Positions 36,590 through 47,953 are shown, numbered from the stretch's first letter. The stretch is DNA of 64,000 nucleotides from an uncultured Pelagibacteraceae bacterium (GCA_902587295.1 CACIKS010000001.1:53664-117663); one strand, 5' to 3'. Numbers and translations are program-made. The notes: a model not told the origin generated them from the sequence alone.

Positions 36590-38035
36590 TTACGATCTCC
36601 AGAAAGAGGGTAAAAAAAGAACTAAAACTGCGAATATTTCTAATCTTCCCAATAACATTGAAAAAGAAAGTATCCATTTTGATAAATTAGACACCTCCCC
36701 AAAATTTCCGTTTGGTCCTATCATCTCTCCCAAACCAGGTCCCACATTAGATATTGATGTAGCTGCACCAGAAATCGCAGAAAGAAAATCAAGTCCAGAA
36801 ATTGACAAAAAAACAGAGATTATCAAAAATAAAAATAAATAAGAAAAAATAAAAATAATTACTGAATTTATAAAATCATCTTCTAATTTTTGTTTATTAT
36901 AATTTACAATAAAAATACTGTTTGGGTAAATTAATTTTTTTATTTGATTTTGAATAAAGAGTAAAAGTATTTGCAATCTGAATATTTTTATTCCACAAGT
37001 AGTAGATCCTGCACACCCCCCAACAAACATTAAAAATAAAAAAAATATCAAAGGAAATTTTCCCCACAAACCAAAATCATCTGTAACGTAACCTGTGCCA
37101 GATAATATTGAAATAACATTAAAAGATGAAATTCTTAAATTATCTAAAATAGAATAATTATCATTACCAAAAAACAAATATAAAAACATTATCAAAATTG
37201 ATATTGCCAATAAGTAAATGAAACCCTTAATCTGAACATCTTGAAGAAAAATTTTATTATTGCCTTTAACAAATTTTAAATATGCTATGAATGGAATACT
37301 TCCCAATATTATAAAAATTGTTGCTGTAAGCTCTATTCCTGGACTCTCAAAGTAACCTATTGACTCATTATGTGTTGAAAATCCCCCAGTTGCCAAAGTA
37401 GTTAACGAATGAGCAACACTATCGAAAATATTCATACCTTGAAACCAGTAACATAGCCCACATAATATTGTGAGTGACGTATAAATAGTAATTATCGCAA
37501 AAGCTACTTCAATTGTTTTAGGCAATATTTTTTCTGTTCCAGATGAATCTGTTTTAAATACTTGCATACCACCAACTTTTAACAATGGCATTACAGTCGT
37601 AGCCATAACAATTATTCCAATGCCACCTAGCCATTGCATAATCGCTCTCCACAGCAAGATGCTTTTTGGCGTACTATCTAAATCCATTATAACTGTTGAA
37701 CCGGTAGTTGTAATTCCCGACATACTTTCAAAGAAAGCATCGCTAATGGACAAGTTGATATTAGAAAGTATAAATGGCAAACTACCAAACAAGGCTATAC
37801 TAAGCCACGCTAAGGTTGAAAACAAAAAAGCTTGTTGTAGATTTAATTGATTTTCTTTTTTTAGGCTTGCAAGCACTGTTAATATTCCGATGAAAACTGT
37901 AATTATAGAAGATGAAAAAAAACTATTACTGTTTTCATTATAAATTAGCTGTATACAATATGGTATCAACATAAAGATACCCAAAACCACCAGCAAAATA
38001 CCAACAATAAAAAAAACAGTTTTATTTGATGTCAT
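36590..38035 (-). CDS. trkH: Trk-type potassium uptake protein TrkH
   Basis: 481-aa polytopic protein with repeated selectivity-filter-like motifs: TTGSTV, ATGGFS, LSGTGY and SNVGPG. Confidence 0.92.
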   Translation of the reverse strand: MTSNKTVFFIVGILLVVLGIFMLIPYCIQLIYNENSNSFFSSSIITVFIGILTVLASLKKENQLNLQQAFLFSTLAWLSIALFGSLPFILSNINLSISDAFFESMSGITTTGSTVIMDLDSTPKSILLWRAIMQWLGGIGIIVMATTVMPLLKVGGMQVFKTDSSGTEKILPKTIEVAFAIITIYTSLTILCGLCYWFQGMNIFDSVAHSLTTLATGGFSTHNESIGYFESPGIELTATIFIILGSIPFIAYLKFVKGNNKIFLQDVQIKGFIYLLAISILIMFLYLFFGNDNYSILDNLRISSFNVISILSGTGYVTDDFGLWGKFPLIFFLFLMFVGGCAGSTTCGIKIFRLQILLLFIQNQIKKLIYPNSIFIVNYNKQKLEDDFINSVIIFIFSYLFLFLIISVFLSISGLDFLSAISGAATSISNVGPGLGEMIGPNGNFGEVSNLSKWILSFSMLLGRLEIFAVLVLFLPSFWRS

Positions 38036-38092
38036 AGAATTTGAGACAATATTTAAATAGAAATAAAATTCAACTTATTATAAACCTTAATA

Positions 38093-39658
38093 ATGCTTGA
38101 GTCTGAACTAATTCAATCTACTTCCTCCTGGCCCTTTGTAGAGATCCGGAAACTTCTTAAGGACAGAAAAAATAATATAAGTAAGAAAAATAAAATTACT
38201 TTTCAAACAGGCTATGGTCCAAGTGGATTACCACATATAGGCACTTTTGGTGAAGTTTCAAGAACATCTATGATGATAAATGCACTAAACCATATAAAAC
38301 AATTAGAAACAGAACTAATAACATTTTCAGATGATATGGACGGATTAAGAAAAGTTCCTGAAAACATCCCAAATACAAATATTTTGCATGAAAATTTAGG
38401 GAAGCCCCTTACAAAAATCCCAGATCCATTTAAAAAATATAAAAGCTTTGGTGAGCATAATAACAATATGTTAATAGAATTTTTGAATAAATTTAAATTT
38501 AATTTTAAATTTAAGAGTTCAACTGAAAATTACACAAAAGGTATTTTTAATAATTCCATAATAAGAGTATTAGAAAAATATGAAGATATAATGGAAATAA
38601 TTTTACCAACCTTAAGGAGTGAAAGAAGAAAAACGTATTGCCCCTTTTTACCAATATGCCCTGATACAGGAAAAGTCTTAGAAATTCCGGTTTTAGATCT
38701 AGATAAAAAAAATTATAAAATTATTTTCGATAATAAAGGAAGAAAATTAGAAACAAGTATTTTAGATGGACATTGTAAATTACAATGGAAGGTTGATTGG
38801 GCAATGAGATGGTTTGCTTTTGATGTCGATTTTGAAATGTACGGAAAAGATTTGATTGAGAGTGCAATAATATCTGGAAAAATATGTAAAATTTTAGGTA
38901 AGCAACCACCTAATGGTTTTGCCTATGAATTATTCTTAGATGAAAAGGGAGAAAAAATATCTAAATCAAAAGGAAATGGAATAACAATTGAAAAGTGGTT
39001 AAGATATGCGTCCCCTGAAAGTCTATCTTTATATATGTATCAAAATCCTAAAAGAGCAAAAAAACTTTATCCAGAAGTTGTCCCTAAAGCCGTAGATGAA
39101 TATTTATCATTGATTGAAAAGTTTTTTCAACAAAACCCAAAAGAAAAAATACTTAATCCAGTATGGCACGTGCATAACGGTCAACCACCAAAGGAAAAAA
39201 TTATTATGCCTTTTTCTATGTTACTAAACATTGTTGGATCTAGTAACGCAAAGAATAAGGAAGTATTGTGGAAATTTATTAATAAATTTCATAAAGAACT
39301 AAATCCAAAGAGTAACAAAATTTTAGATGAACTCACACAATATGCGATAAATTATTTTTTAGATGAAGTCGAACCAAAAAAAAAGTTTAAAAAACCAAAT
39401 GAGACAGAACAAAAAGCATTAAGTAAACTTATTGAAGCTTTAAAAAAAATCCCACAGTCCACTGATGCAGAAAAAATTCAAACTATGATTTATACTGTTG
39501 GTAAAGAAAATGGTTATGAAAAAGATCTTAGAAGTTGGTTTAAATTAATTTATGAAGTTGTTTTTGGGGAAGAGAATGGCCCAAGAATGGGCTTTTTTAT
39601 AAGTTTTTTCGGAGTTAAAGAGACAATTGATTTAATGAAAAAAAAGTTGAGAATATAG
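38093..39658 (+). CDS. lysK: Lysine--tRNA ligase, class I
   Basis: GYGPSGLPHIGTFGE (HIGH-type) and KISKSKGNG (KMSKS-type). The length and layout fit the class I LysRS known from alphaproteobacteria, spirochaetes and archaea. Confidence 0.92.
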   Translation: MLESELIQSTSSWPFVEIRKLLKDRKNNISKKNKITFQTGYGPSGLPHIGTFGEVSRTSMMINALNHIKQLETELITFSDDMDGLRKVPENIPNTNILHENLGKPLTKIPDPFKKYKSFGEHNNNMLIEFLNKFKFNFKFKSSTENYTKGIFNNSIIRVLEKYEDIMEIILPTLRSERRKTYCPFLPICPDTGKVLEIPVLDLDKKNYKIIFDNKGRKLETSILDGHCKLQWKVDWAMRWFAFDVDFEMYGKDLIESAIISGKICKILGKQPPNGFAYELFLDEKGEKISKSKGNGITIEKWLRYASPESLSLYMYQNPKRAKKLYPEVVPKAVDEYLSLIEKFFQQNPKEKILNPVWHVHNGQPPKEKIIMPFSMLLNIVGSSNAKNKEVLWKFINKFHKELNPKSNKILDELTQYAINYFLDEVEPKKKFKKPNETEQKALSKLIEALKKIPQSTDAEKIQTMIYTVGKENGYEKDLRSWFKLIYEVVFGEENGPRMGFFISFFGVKETIDLMKKKLRI

Positions 39659-39663
39659 TTTTA

Positions 39664-40713
39664 ATGTTTTCTTTTCTAAGACCTTTTATATTTAATTTAG
39701 ATCCAGAGAAGGCTCATAATTTAGCAATAAAATCTTTAAAATTTAATATTCTTCCAGAAAACTTATTCACCGTTGATAATGAGCAAATTCTAAAAACCAA
39801 TTTATTTGGTAAAGAAATAAAGAATCCCATAGGACTTGCTGCAGGATTTGACAAAAGCGCAGAAGTTTACAACGAAATTTTTAAGCTTGGCTTTGGTTTT
39901 GTTGAAGTTGGAACTGTCACTCCTAAAGAACAGTATGGGAATGAAAAACCAAGAATATTTAGGCTAGAAAAAGACAGAGCCTTAATTAACAGGCTAGGGT
40001 TCAATAATGAAGGCTCAGAAATTATAAAAAAAAGAATTGAAAATAATGTTCCTAATGGTCTTTTGGGAATAAACATAGGACCAAATAAAGGCACTAAAAA
40101 TATGGTTAACGATTTTGTAAAATGTGCAGAAACTTTTTTTCCACTCGGCGATTATTTGACCATAAATATTTCTTCACCTAACACTGATGGTTTGCGAGAT
40201 TTTCACAAATCTGAATTTTTAAAAGAACTTTTGTCAAAAATAAACGAAATAAGAGAAAAAAGTAATTTTAAAAAGTCTTTTTTGTTAAAAATTTCACCAG
40301 ACATTGAAGAAACATTTATTGATAACATTATCGAAATATCACTAAAGAATAATATTGATGGTCTCATTTTGACAAATACTAGTGATAGAAATAGAGATAA
40401 TTTATTAGATCAAAAAAAAAATGAGTATGGGGGATTATCCGGACAACCTATAAAAAATCTATCAACTAAATTAATCAAAAAATTTTATAAAGAATTAAAA
40501 GATAAAATTCCAATAATAGGAGTAGGTGGAATAGACTCAGGCTCATCTGCTTTTGAAAAATTATCAGCAGGAGCATCTGCAGTGCAATTATATACTGGAA
40601 TGATTTATAAAGGCCCAACAGTTGTAAAAGAAATTAAAAAAGAATTAATAGATATTATCAGAGATAAAGGTTTTAAGAATTTAAAAGAGGTTGTTGGATC
40701 TGATTTAAACTGA
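39664..40713 (+). CDS. pyrD: Dihydroorotate dehydrogenase (quinone), class 2
   Basis: PIGLAAGFDK, FGFVEVGTVTP, NRLGFNN, and GGLSG. Confidence 0.95.
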   Translation: MFSFLRPFIFNLDPEKAHNLAIKSLKFNILPENLFTVDNEQILKTNLFGKEIKNPIGLAAGFDKSAEVYNEIFKLGFGFVEVGTVTPKEQYGNEKPRIFRLEKDRALINRLGFNNEGSEIIKKRIENNVPNGLLGINIGPNKGTKNMVNDFVKCAETFFPLGDYLTINISSPNTDGLRDFHKSEFLKELLSKINEIREKSNFKKSFLLKISPDIEETFIDNIIEISLKNNIDGLILTNTSDRNRDNLLDQKKNEYGGLSGQPIKNLSTKLIKKFYKELKDKIPIIGVGGIDSGSSAFEKLSAGASAVQLYTGMIYKGPTVVKEIKKELIDIIRDKGFKNLKEVVGSDLN

Positions 40714-40714
40714 T

Positions 40715-41809
40715 TTATTTAAAAAAATTATACTTTTTTTTGTCCACACCAAATCTTATGTGATGAACTAATTCTCTGGCATAAGAAAAAGTTACTCCTG
40801 CAAGAATCACAATTACAATCGATAAAAAACCATAAGCAACTGGATTGTTTTGTGAAAAAAATAAAATAAATTCTGCCAACCTATTATTAATCTCCCCACC
40901 TTCTTGTAAAGTAAATAATGATCCTTTCGCTAAAACGAATTGTTCAATTCCCATAATTATTCCTACCCCTAATAATAGAATTGCTAACAAAGTTTTGTAT
41001 TCAGATGCATTTAATTTTTCTGCAGTTTTTAAACCTAAATGTACACCAACGATTGATCCAGCTAATAAAATAATTACCAATATAAAGTCAATGGTTTGAA
41101 ATTGTAACGCATGTCCAATTACAACGAATGCAGTAATAAAAATTGTTACAAAAAGAGAAGTGCCAGGAACTAGTCTTGTAGGCATTCCAATTATATAAAT
41201 CATCGATGGAACCATCAAAAAAGCACCACCAACACCCATAATCGATGCAAAAATACCAACGATAAATCCGAGCACTATAGGAACAATTGCGCTTTCGTAA
41301 AGTTTAGATTTATGAAACCTTAATCTGAATGGCAAACCGTGAATCCAATAGTGATTATGGGCTTTTCTTTTAACAACAATTTTTTTTTTTAAATCACTTA
41401 ATTCTCTCCAACCTTTTGCAAACATTAGGGTTCCAATCATTACAAGCATATAAATATACGCTAAAGAAATTATTTCATTTACTACACCCTTTTCCTTAAG
41501 ATAGCTAAAAATTACCATTCCAGTGAAAGTTCCAAAAATTCCACCTGAAACTATTACCAAACCCATTTTATAATCTAAAGTTTTTCTAAACCAATGGGTA
41601 AGAGCTCCTGAAACTGAAGTTCCTAAAATATTATTAGCTTCGTTTGCAACCGCAAAAGCAGGAGGAATACCCAAAAATATTAAAACCGGGGTCATTAAAA
41701 AACCGCCTCCTATCCCAAAAAGCCCAGATATAAAACCTACAATAAAACTTAATAATAATATTGTTAGAACACTTATTTGAACTTGTGCTACGGGTAGGAA
41801 AAAATCCAT
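40715..41809 (-). CDS. TauE/SafE-family anion exporter
   Basis: Two repeats of the GIGGGF / GVGGAF motif halves, separated by a basic cytoplasmic loop. Confidence 0.85.
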   Translation of the reverse strand: MDFFLPVAQVQISVLTILLLSFIVGFISGLFGIGGGFLMTPVLIFLGIPPAFAVANEANNILGTSVSGALTHWFRKTLDYKMGLVIVSGGIFGTFTGMVIFSYLKEKGVVNEIISLAYIYMLVMIGTLMFAKGWRELSDLKKKIVVKRKAHNHYWIHGLPFRLRFHKSKLYESAIVPIVLGFIVGIFASIMGVGGAFLMVPSMIYIIGMPTRLVPGTSLFVTIFITAFVVIGHALQFQTIDFILVIILLAGSIVGVHLGLKTAEKLNASEYKTLLAILLLGVGIIMGIEQFVLAKGSLFTLQEGGEINNRLAEFILFFSQNNPVAYGFLSIVIVILAGVTFSYARELVHHIRFGVDKKKYNFFK

Positions 41810-41858
41810 TCAATTTACTATTATTTGAAATAAAGGTTGTCAATAGAGATATAATTAC

Positions 41859-41887
41859 TTGATTAAGCGGTTCTCAACATTTATATA
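41859..41887 (+). promoter_or_regulatory. Candidate sigma70-type promoter for rpmB (TTGATT-17 nt-TATATA)
   Basis: Hexamers and spacing read by eye, with AGGA 4 nt before the ATG. The AT-rich background makes chance matches common. Confidence 0.3.
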
Positions 41888-41900
41888 GCTATAGGATATT

Positions 41901-42182
41901 ATGAGCAAAAAATGCGAGCTGACAGGTAAAAAACCAATAAAAGGGCACAATGTAAGTCACGCTAATAATAAGACAAAAAGACGATTTTTACCCAGTATTA
42001 AAAAAGTAAAATTCAAAAGCGATTTACTGAAAAAAAATATTAAATTAAATGTATCTAACTCAGCATTAAGGACTGTAGATTTTAAAGGTGGAATAGATCA
42101 ATTTTTAAAATCAGCTAAGAGTATCAAGCTTTCTAAAAGAGCTAGAAAACTCAAAACAGAAATAACCTCAAAAAATGTCTAA
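41901..42182 (+). CDS. rpmB: 50S ribosomal protein L28
   Basis: MSKKCELTGKKPIKGHNVSHANNKTKRRF is the canonical L28 sequence. Confidence 0.93.
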   Translation: MSKKCELTGKKPIKGHNVSHANNKTKRRFLPSIKKVKFKSDLLKKNIKLNVSNSALRTVDFKGGIDQFLKSAKSIKLSKRARKLKTEITSKNV

Positions 42183-42774
42183 ATTAAAGAGTGTAGATCT
42201 TAGAATATTTTTAATTCTAGCATCGTTTATGGCGTTATTTGTGACTGCCTCAAACTTTCTTGTACAGTTTCCAATAAAATATTTTGGGCTTAATGATATT
42301 CTTACCTACGGAGCATTTACATACCCAATGACTTTCCTTATTACAGATCTTTCAAATAGAAAATTTGGTAAGTATATTGCGAGAAAAATTGTTTATCTGG
42401 GATTTTTTTTAGGAATTTCCTTTACTTTATTTTTTTCCACAAATTTTTCCGACCTTATATCTATAAGAGTAGCAATTGGGTCAGGAACAGCATTTTTATT
42501 TTCACAATTATTAGATGTTCAAATTTTTGATAAATTAAGAAACAGAATTTGGTTTGCAGCACCATTCGTTTCCTCTTTAATAGGATCATTGCTAGATACA
42601 TTTTTATTCTTTTTTATCGCATTTTATGGAACCACTTTAAATTGGTTTACATTGGGTTTGGGAGATTTTTTTGTGAAACTTTCTATGGCCTTACTAATGC
42701 TTATTCCATTTAGAATGTTGATGTTTAAACTAAGAAGCAATCAAGAATATCCTAAAAAAACTTTATTTGCTTAA
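42175..42774 (+). CDS. yhhQ: Queuosine-precursor transporter (YhhQ/DUF165, VUT family)
   Basis: TYPMTFLITDL and SQLLDVQIFDKLR...SLLDTFLFF. It overlaps rpmB by 8 nt. Confidence 0.85.
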   Translation: MSKLKSVDLRIFLILASFMALFVTASNFLVQFPIKYFGLNDILTYGAFTYPMTFLITDLSNRKFGKYIARKIVYLGFFLGISFTLFFSTNFSDLISIRVAIGSGTAFLFSQLLDVQIFDKLRNRIWFAAPFVSSLIGSLLDTFLFFFIAFYGTTLNWFTLGLGDFFVKLSMALLMLIPFRMLMFKLRSNQEYPKKTLFA

Positions 42775-42775
42775 A

Positions 42776-44545
42776 TTAATGTAGGGTTTTTTTCTCTGTA
42801 AATAAATCAGTTAATTGATTTATCATTACATCCCCAAGGTCTTGAACATCAGTAATTTTTACTGCTTTTTTATAATATCTTGTAACATCGTGCCCAATTC
42901 CAATAGCAAGAAGTTCTATTGAAGAAAATTGTTCAATTGAACTCACAGTATTTTTTAAATCATTTTCAAGGTAATCACTTAAATTAGTTGAAAGCGTAGA
43001 GTCATCCACTGGTGCGCCATCAGATATGACCATTAGGATTTTTCTTTCTTCTTTTCTTTTTTTCATCTTATTAAATGCCCATCTTAAAGCTTCTCCATCT
43101 ATATTCTCTTTAAGAAGCCCTTCTTTAAGCATAAGACCCATATTTTTTTTTGTTTGTCTCCAAGGTCTATCTGCAGATTTATAAACAATATGTCTTAAAT
43201 CATTTAATCTTCCTGGAAACTTTGGCTTTTCATTATTCGTCCATTTTTCTCTACTCGATCCACCTTTCCAATGTTTTGTAGTAAAACCTAAAATTTCAAC
43301 TTTCACAGAGCAACGCTCTAATGTTTTAGATAATATATCTGCACAAACTGCAGCAACAGAAATAGGTTTACCTCTCATTGATCCAGAATTATCAATTAAA
43401 ATTGTTACTAATGTATCCTTAAAATCTGTTTCTTTTTCTTTTTTGAAAGAAAGAGAGTTAAACGGATCCATTATAATTCTTGTAAGTTTTGATGTGTCTA
43501 GAACACCTTCTTCTAAATCAAAATCCCAAGATCTATTTTGTTTAGCTAAAAGTTTTCTTTGTAATTTATTTGCCAACTTGGATATAAAAGTTTTTAGTTG
43601 TAATAGTTGCTGATCAAGCGAGACCCTTAATCTTGTGAGTTCCTCTTCCGTCTCCAAATCTTCTGCTTTAATTACTTCATCAAACTCTTCTGTAAAAACT
43701 TTGTACTTTCTTTTGCTTTTAGAAAATATTGTCTTTGGCCTTTTACTTGATGTACTAGCTACTTCTTCTATTTCTTCAATTTCTTGATCTTTCTCATTTT
43801 TCTTATTTAATTCCTCAACACTTGACAGATTAATATCTGAAAATTCTTTACTTTCTTTTTGATCTTGTAGTGTACTTTTACTTTCGTCTTGCTGTTTATT
43901 TAAAGGCTCATTTTTTTTATCCTTTTCAGAAGTTTCTTCGTAGATCTCTTTATCTTCAATATCCATTTTTGAAAGCATTGAGGCAATAATCTCGTTAAAT
44001 TTTCTTTGATTCTTCAAATTTTTCTTAATTTTATCAGAATTTTTTTTAAAATTTTGTTCTAAATTTTTCTTGAATTTTTTTATTTTATTATCTGAAATTT
44101 TTATTTCATTAATTTCAAAAATAAAATTTCTTAGGTAATTATCAAATATATTCTCGATTGAGTTCGACTCTTTTTTATTGATCTTATTAATATGTAATAA
44201 ATTTTTTTTAATACCTTTAAATTGATCTGAACCAATTTTTTCGTATCTTATTTTTTCAGCAATTTCATAAAGTTTACTTGCTTTGCTCCCTTTAGGTTTG
44301 TATGAGTTAAATACATCAATATTACTATATTTTAATCTTAAAGCTTCTGAGTCTGCTTTAGCTCTAATTGAATAGAAGTCTTCAAGCTTTTTAAGATTTT
44401 TTATTTCAGGCAAACTTGCGTTTTTATTATCTATTTTAGATTGCTTTCCAAAACTAATATTACAATCACTTATCTCTGATATGGACTTAATTGTTGAGGT
44501 TAATGCCTGTTTAAAATTCTCTAAATAAACATCTTTTTTTTCCAT
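42776..44545 (-). CDS. cobT: CobT-like protein with acidic low-complexity centre and C-terminal vWA domain
   Basis: MIDAS motif [11 protein letters not shown], and an E/K/D-rich middle region, as in aerobic cobaltochelatase CobT. Confidence 0.85.
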   Translation of the reverse strand: MEKKDVYLENFKQALTSTIKSISEISDCNISFGKQSKIDNKNASLPEIKNLKKLEDFYSIRAKADSEALRLKYSNIDVFNSYKPKGSKASKLYEIAEKIRYEKIGSDQFKGIKKNLLHINKINKKESNSIENIFDNYLRNFIFEINEIKISDNKIKKFKKNLEQNFKKNSDKIKKNLKNQRKFNEIIASMLSKMDIEDKEIYEETSEKDKKNEPLNKQQDESKSTLQDQKESKEFSDINLSSVEELNKKNEKDQEIEEIEEVASTSSKRPKTIFSKSKRKYKVFTEEFDEVIKAEDLETEEELTRLRVSLDQQLLQLKTFISKLANKLQRKLLAKQNRSWDFDLEEGVLDTSKLTRIIMDPFNSLSFKKEKETDFKDTLVTILIDNSGSMRGKPISVAAVCADILSKTLERCSVKVEILGFTTKHWKGGSSREKWTNNEKPKFPGRLNDLRHIVYKSADRPWRQTKKNMGLMLKEGLLKENIDGEALRWAFNKMKKRKEERKILMVISDGAPVDDSTLSTNLSDYLENDLKNTVSSIEQFSSIELLAIGIGHDVTRYYKKAVKITDVQDLGDVMINQLTDLFTEKKTLH

Positions 44546-44551
44546 ATATAC

Positions 44552-45526
44552 TTAAGAAATTTCGACATTTACTGATGACTCGGGTAAATCTTCGCCAAAA
44601 CATCTTTGATAATATTCAGCGATTATTTTTCTTTCTAGTTCATCACATTTATTTAAAAATGTTACTCTAAAAGCATAACCCACATCTTTAAAAATTTCCG
44701 AGTTTTCAGCCCAATGTATAACTGTTCTTGGGCTCATTACAGTTGAAATATCTCCGTTGACAAAACCGTTTCGTGTTAGTTCGGCAACCTTGATCATATT
44801 TGAAACTTTTTCTTTGCCATCTTTATTATTCATTGATTTATTTTTTGCGATTACAATTTCTAACTCTTTTTCAAATTTTAAATAATTTAATGAAGTAACT
44901 ATATTCCATCTATCCATTTGACCCTGATTAATTTGTTGTGTTCCATGATAGAGACCTGTCGTATCTCCTAGTCCAACTGTATTTGTTGTTGCAAACATTC
45001 TAAAGAAACGGTTTTGACTGATAACTTTATTTTTATCCAACAAAGTGAATTTTCCATCACTTTCTAAAATTCTTTGAATAACAAACATAACGTCAGGCCT
45101 TCCTGCATCATATTCATCAAAGACTAGTGCCACAGGATTTTGGATTGCCCATGGTAATATTCCTTCTTTAAATTCAGTTACTTGTTTTCCATCTTTAAGG
45201 ACAATAGAATCTTTTCCTATAAGGTCTATACGACTTATGTGACTATCTAAATTTACCCTAACACAAGACCAATTAAGTCTTGCAGCTACCTGCTCAATAT
45301 GTGTAGATTTTCCAGTTCCATGATAACCTTGAACTAAAACTTTTTTATTAAAAGCAAAACCGGACAAAATTGCAAGGGTTGTATCCCTATCAAACTTATA
45401 GTCACTATCAATTTCAGGGACATATTTATTTTTTTTAGAAAATCCGTCAATTTCCATATCGGAGTCCAAATTAAATGTTTGTCTTACTGAGATCTTAATA
45501 TCTGGTTTTTGATTATCTAAATTCAT
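44552..45526 (-). CDS. cobS: CobS-like AAA+ (MoxR-class) ATPase
   Basis: Walker [10 protein letters not shown] and Walker B LVFDEYD. Length is 324 aa, as in CobS. Confidence 0.9.
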   Translation of the reverse strand: MNLDNQKPDIKISVRQTFNLDSDMEIDGFSKKNKYVPEIDSDYKFDRDTTLAILSGFAFNKKVLVQGYHGTGKSTHIEQVAARLNWSCVRVNLDSHISRIDLIGKDSIVLKDGKQVTEFKEGILPWAIQNPVALVFDEYDAGRPDVMFVIQRILESDGKFTLLDKNKVISQNRFFRMFATTNTVGLGDTTGLYHGTQQINQGQMDRWNIVTSLNYLKFEKELEIVIAKNKSMNNKDGKEKVSNMIKVAELTRNGFVNGDISTVMSPRTVIHWAENSEIFKDVGYAFRVTFLNKCDELERKIIAEYYQRCFGEDLPESSVNVEIS

Positions 45527-45528
45527 AT

Positions 45529-46047
45529 TTATTTTTCTTTGCTTACTGTTAGTTTAAGTTGACTATATGCCAAAGTTATCTTTTTCAAAATATCCTCATA
45601 TTTTTTATTTCCTTGGTTTTTATCAGGATGATATTTCTTTACAAGTCCTTTAAATTTTTTTTGAATATCTGCCCACTTTACTCCATAATTTAGTCCTAAA
45701 ACTTCTAAAGCTTGTCGATCTTTCTCAGATAATCTTGATTTCTTAAAATCCTTAAAATTAGAATTTTTAAAAATGCTAATTTTATCTTCTAGCGTATTAT
45801 TCCATAATATTTTAAAAAAATTTTCAGAAGAGCTAAAACTTTTAGTTGGTTTGTGCCATGTAAGATCAGACTTGATAAAGAACTCTATTTCATCTTCGCT
45901 CATATTTGAAAAATAATTCCAATTTTTATTAAAAATTTTTATATGTTCTAGGCAGTAATATCGAAAATTTCTGCTATTATCACGTTCTACTGGGGCTTTA
46001 TATTCCCCAATTTCTTTACAATTTTCCCAACTACAAATATTTTTCAT
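45529..46047 (-). CDS. J-domain protein (C-terminal J domain, N-terminal Cys/His cluster)
   Basis: KKYHPDKN carries the HPD motif near the C-terminus. The N-terminus has CSWENC ... YYCLEH. Confidence 0.8.
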   Translation of the reverse strand: MKNICSWENCKEIGEYKAPVERDNSRNFRYYCLEHIKIFNKNWNYFSNMSEDEIEFFIKSDLTWHKPTKSFSSSENFFKILWNNTLEDKISIFKNSNFKDFKKSRLSEKDRQALEVLGLNYGVKWADIQKKFKGLVKKYHPDKNQGNKKYEDILKKITLAYSQLKLTVSKEK

Positions 46048-46082
46048 AACAATCTGTGATAATATAATTAAATATTTATTTA

Positions 46083-46337
46083 ATGGAAAGCTTTATCAAA
46101 ATAATTGAAAAAAAAATAAAGAGTAATATCGATGCTAAAAGCATTGAGGTAATTGATAACTCACATAAACATCGAGGCCATAAAAATTATCAAGAAAATA
46201 AATTACATCTAAAAATAGTTATAAATTCGGATCACTTAAAATCTTTAGATAGAATTCAGGCACATAAAAAAATTATGAAAATATTAAAAAATGAAATTAA
46301 AGAAAAAATTCACGCACTAGAATTGAAAATTAATTAA
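46083..46337 (+). CDS. bolA: BolA-family protein
   Basis: 84 aa with DNSHKHRGH and RIQAHKKI, typical of BolA. Confidence 0.88.
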   Translation: MESFIKIIEKKIKSNIDAKSIEVIDNSHKHRGHKNYQENKLHLKIVINSDHLKSLDRIQAHKKIMKILKNEIKEKIHALELKIN

Positions 46338-47439
46338 TTTTTTTAATAATATTTCTCATTTGCTTCAAAGACATTTTGAAACTTCCCGGTTTAGTTGTTT
46401 TGCCAATACTTTTTAATAAAATGAGGTTAATTCTATTATCGTTATTTTTTTTATCATTGGCCATAAAATCCGCAATTTTTTTATAATCTTTTTTTCTAAA
46501 ATATTTTTGTAAACTAGATGGCAAATTATTATTTTCATATATTTTTTCAATTTCTAAAAGTGTTTTTTTTGAACATAACTTTTTTTTAACTGATAATTTC
46601 GTTGCTAAAAGCATTCCTATTAGTACAGCTTCACCATGATTTATTTTTTTAGAAAAATCATTTGCCGCTTCTATGCCATGTGCAAATGTATGTCCAAAAT
46701 TTAATAACATTCTTTTACTTTTTTCTTTTTCGTCTGCTGTTACAAAATAAATTTTATTTTTACAACTTTTAATTATTGCATATTTTAAAATATTTTTGTC
46801 TTTTCCTCGCAAAATAATAGATGAGTTTTTCTTAATCCATTTAAAAAACAATTTATCATTTATTAAGGAATATTTTAAAATTTCCCCAAACCCACAAATC
46901 AAATCTCTTTTTTTTAAGCTTTCTAAAAAAGACAGTTCTGAAATTACCAATTTTGGTTGGTAGAAAGAGCCAATCAAATTCTTTCCATTTTTTGAATTTA
47001 CACCAGTTTTCCCTCCAATGGATGAGTCAACCTGAGCCAACAATGTTGTTGGTATATTTACAAAATTTACTCCTCTTTTCAAAATACTAGCAACGAAGCC
47101 AGCAAAGTCACCAACAATACCTCCTCCAGCAGCTACTATAGTATCGTTTCTGTTAAAATTATTTTTTAACAAATCTTCTATAAGAAAGTTTGCTTTTGAA
47201 AATGATTTTAAATTTTCATTTGGAAGATATTCTTTAACAAAGGTTTTATAACTACTTAATTGTTTTTTAATTTTTTTCTTATACTCGAAAGGAATATTTC
47301 TATCCAATATGAGAGCTATTTTTTGTGTTTTAGGACAAGATGATTTTATTTTATTTTTTAAAAGTTTTAGGGCACCATTCCCAACAAATATTGGATAATT
47401 TATATCTTTATTTTTTAAAACTATTTTATGAATTTTCAT
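46330..47439 (-). CDS. aroB: 3-dehydroquinate synthase
   Basis: GGGIVGDFAGFVA, DSSIGGKTG, and FGHTFAHGIE. Confidence 0.93.
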   Translation of the reverse strand: MKIHKIVLKNKDINYPIFVGNGALKLLKNKIKSSCPKTQKIALILDRNIPFEYKKKIKKQLSSYKTFVKEYLPNENLKSFSKANFLIEDLLKNNFNRNDTIVAAGGGIVGDFAGFVASILKRGVNFVNIPTTLLAQVDSSIGGKTGVNSKNGKNLIGSFYQPKLVISELSFLESLKKRDLICGFGEILKYSLINDKLFFKWIKKNSSIILRGKDKNILKYAIIKSCKNKIYFVTADEKEKSKRMLLNFGHTFAHGIEAANDFSKKINHGEAVLIGMLLATKLSVKKKLCSKKTLLEIEKIYENNNLPSSLQKYFRKKDYKKIADFMANDKKNNDNRINLILLKSIGKTTKPGSFKMSLKQMRNIIKKIN

Positions 47440-47953
47440 ATAAATTTCTAATTTCTTGAACTATTTCCTCTTTATTCTTAAAATTACAATCAATTTTATA
47501 ATCAGCAAGTGAGTAAACTTTTTTTCTTTCATCGTAAAGTCTTTTTAAATCTTCTTTGTATTGTCCTTCATTTAACAATGGTCGCTTGTTATTTGAGTAG
47601 ACTCTTTTAAAAATGTCATCTGAATTTAAATCTAACCAAATAGAAAAACAATTTTTTTTGACATTCTCTCTTACAAGTTTATTTAGAAATGCTCCTCCAC
47701 CTAAGGCAATTACGGTTTCATTTTCATTAATTAATCTTATGCTTTCTTTTTCCTCTATTTTACGAAAGTAAGCTTCTCCTTTTTTTTTAAATATTTGCGA
47801 TATGGTGGAAGAGAGCTTTTTTTCAATAATCTTATCTACATCTACAAATTTCATATTAAGATCTTTAGATAGAATTTTGCCTATTGTTGATTTTCCAACA
47901 CCCATCATTCCGGTTAATATAAGGTTTTTTTTCAATTTATACCCAAAATTCAA
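47426..47953 (-). CDS. aroK: Shikimate kinase
   Basis: LTGMMGVGKSTIGK, plus GGGAF. It overlaps aroB by 14 nt. Confidence 0.92.
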   Translation of the reverse strand: MNFGYKLKKNLILTGMMGVGKSTIGKILSKDLNMKFVDVDKIIEKKLSSTISQIFKKKGEAYFRKIEEKESIRLINENETVIALGGGAFLNKLVRENVKKNCFSIWLDLNSDDIFKRVYSNNKRPLLNEGQYKEDLKRLYDERKKVYSLADYKIDCNFKNKEEIVQEIRNLYENS

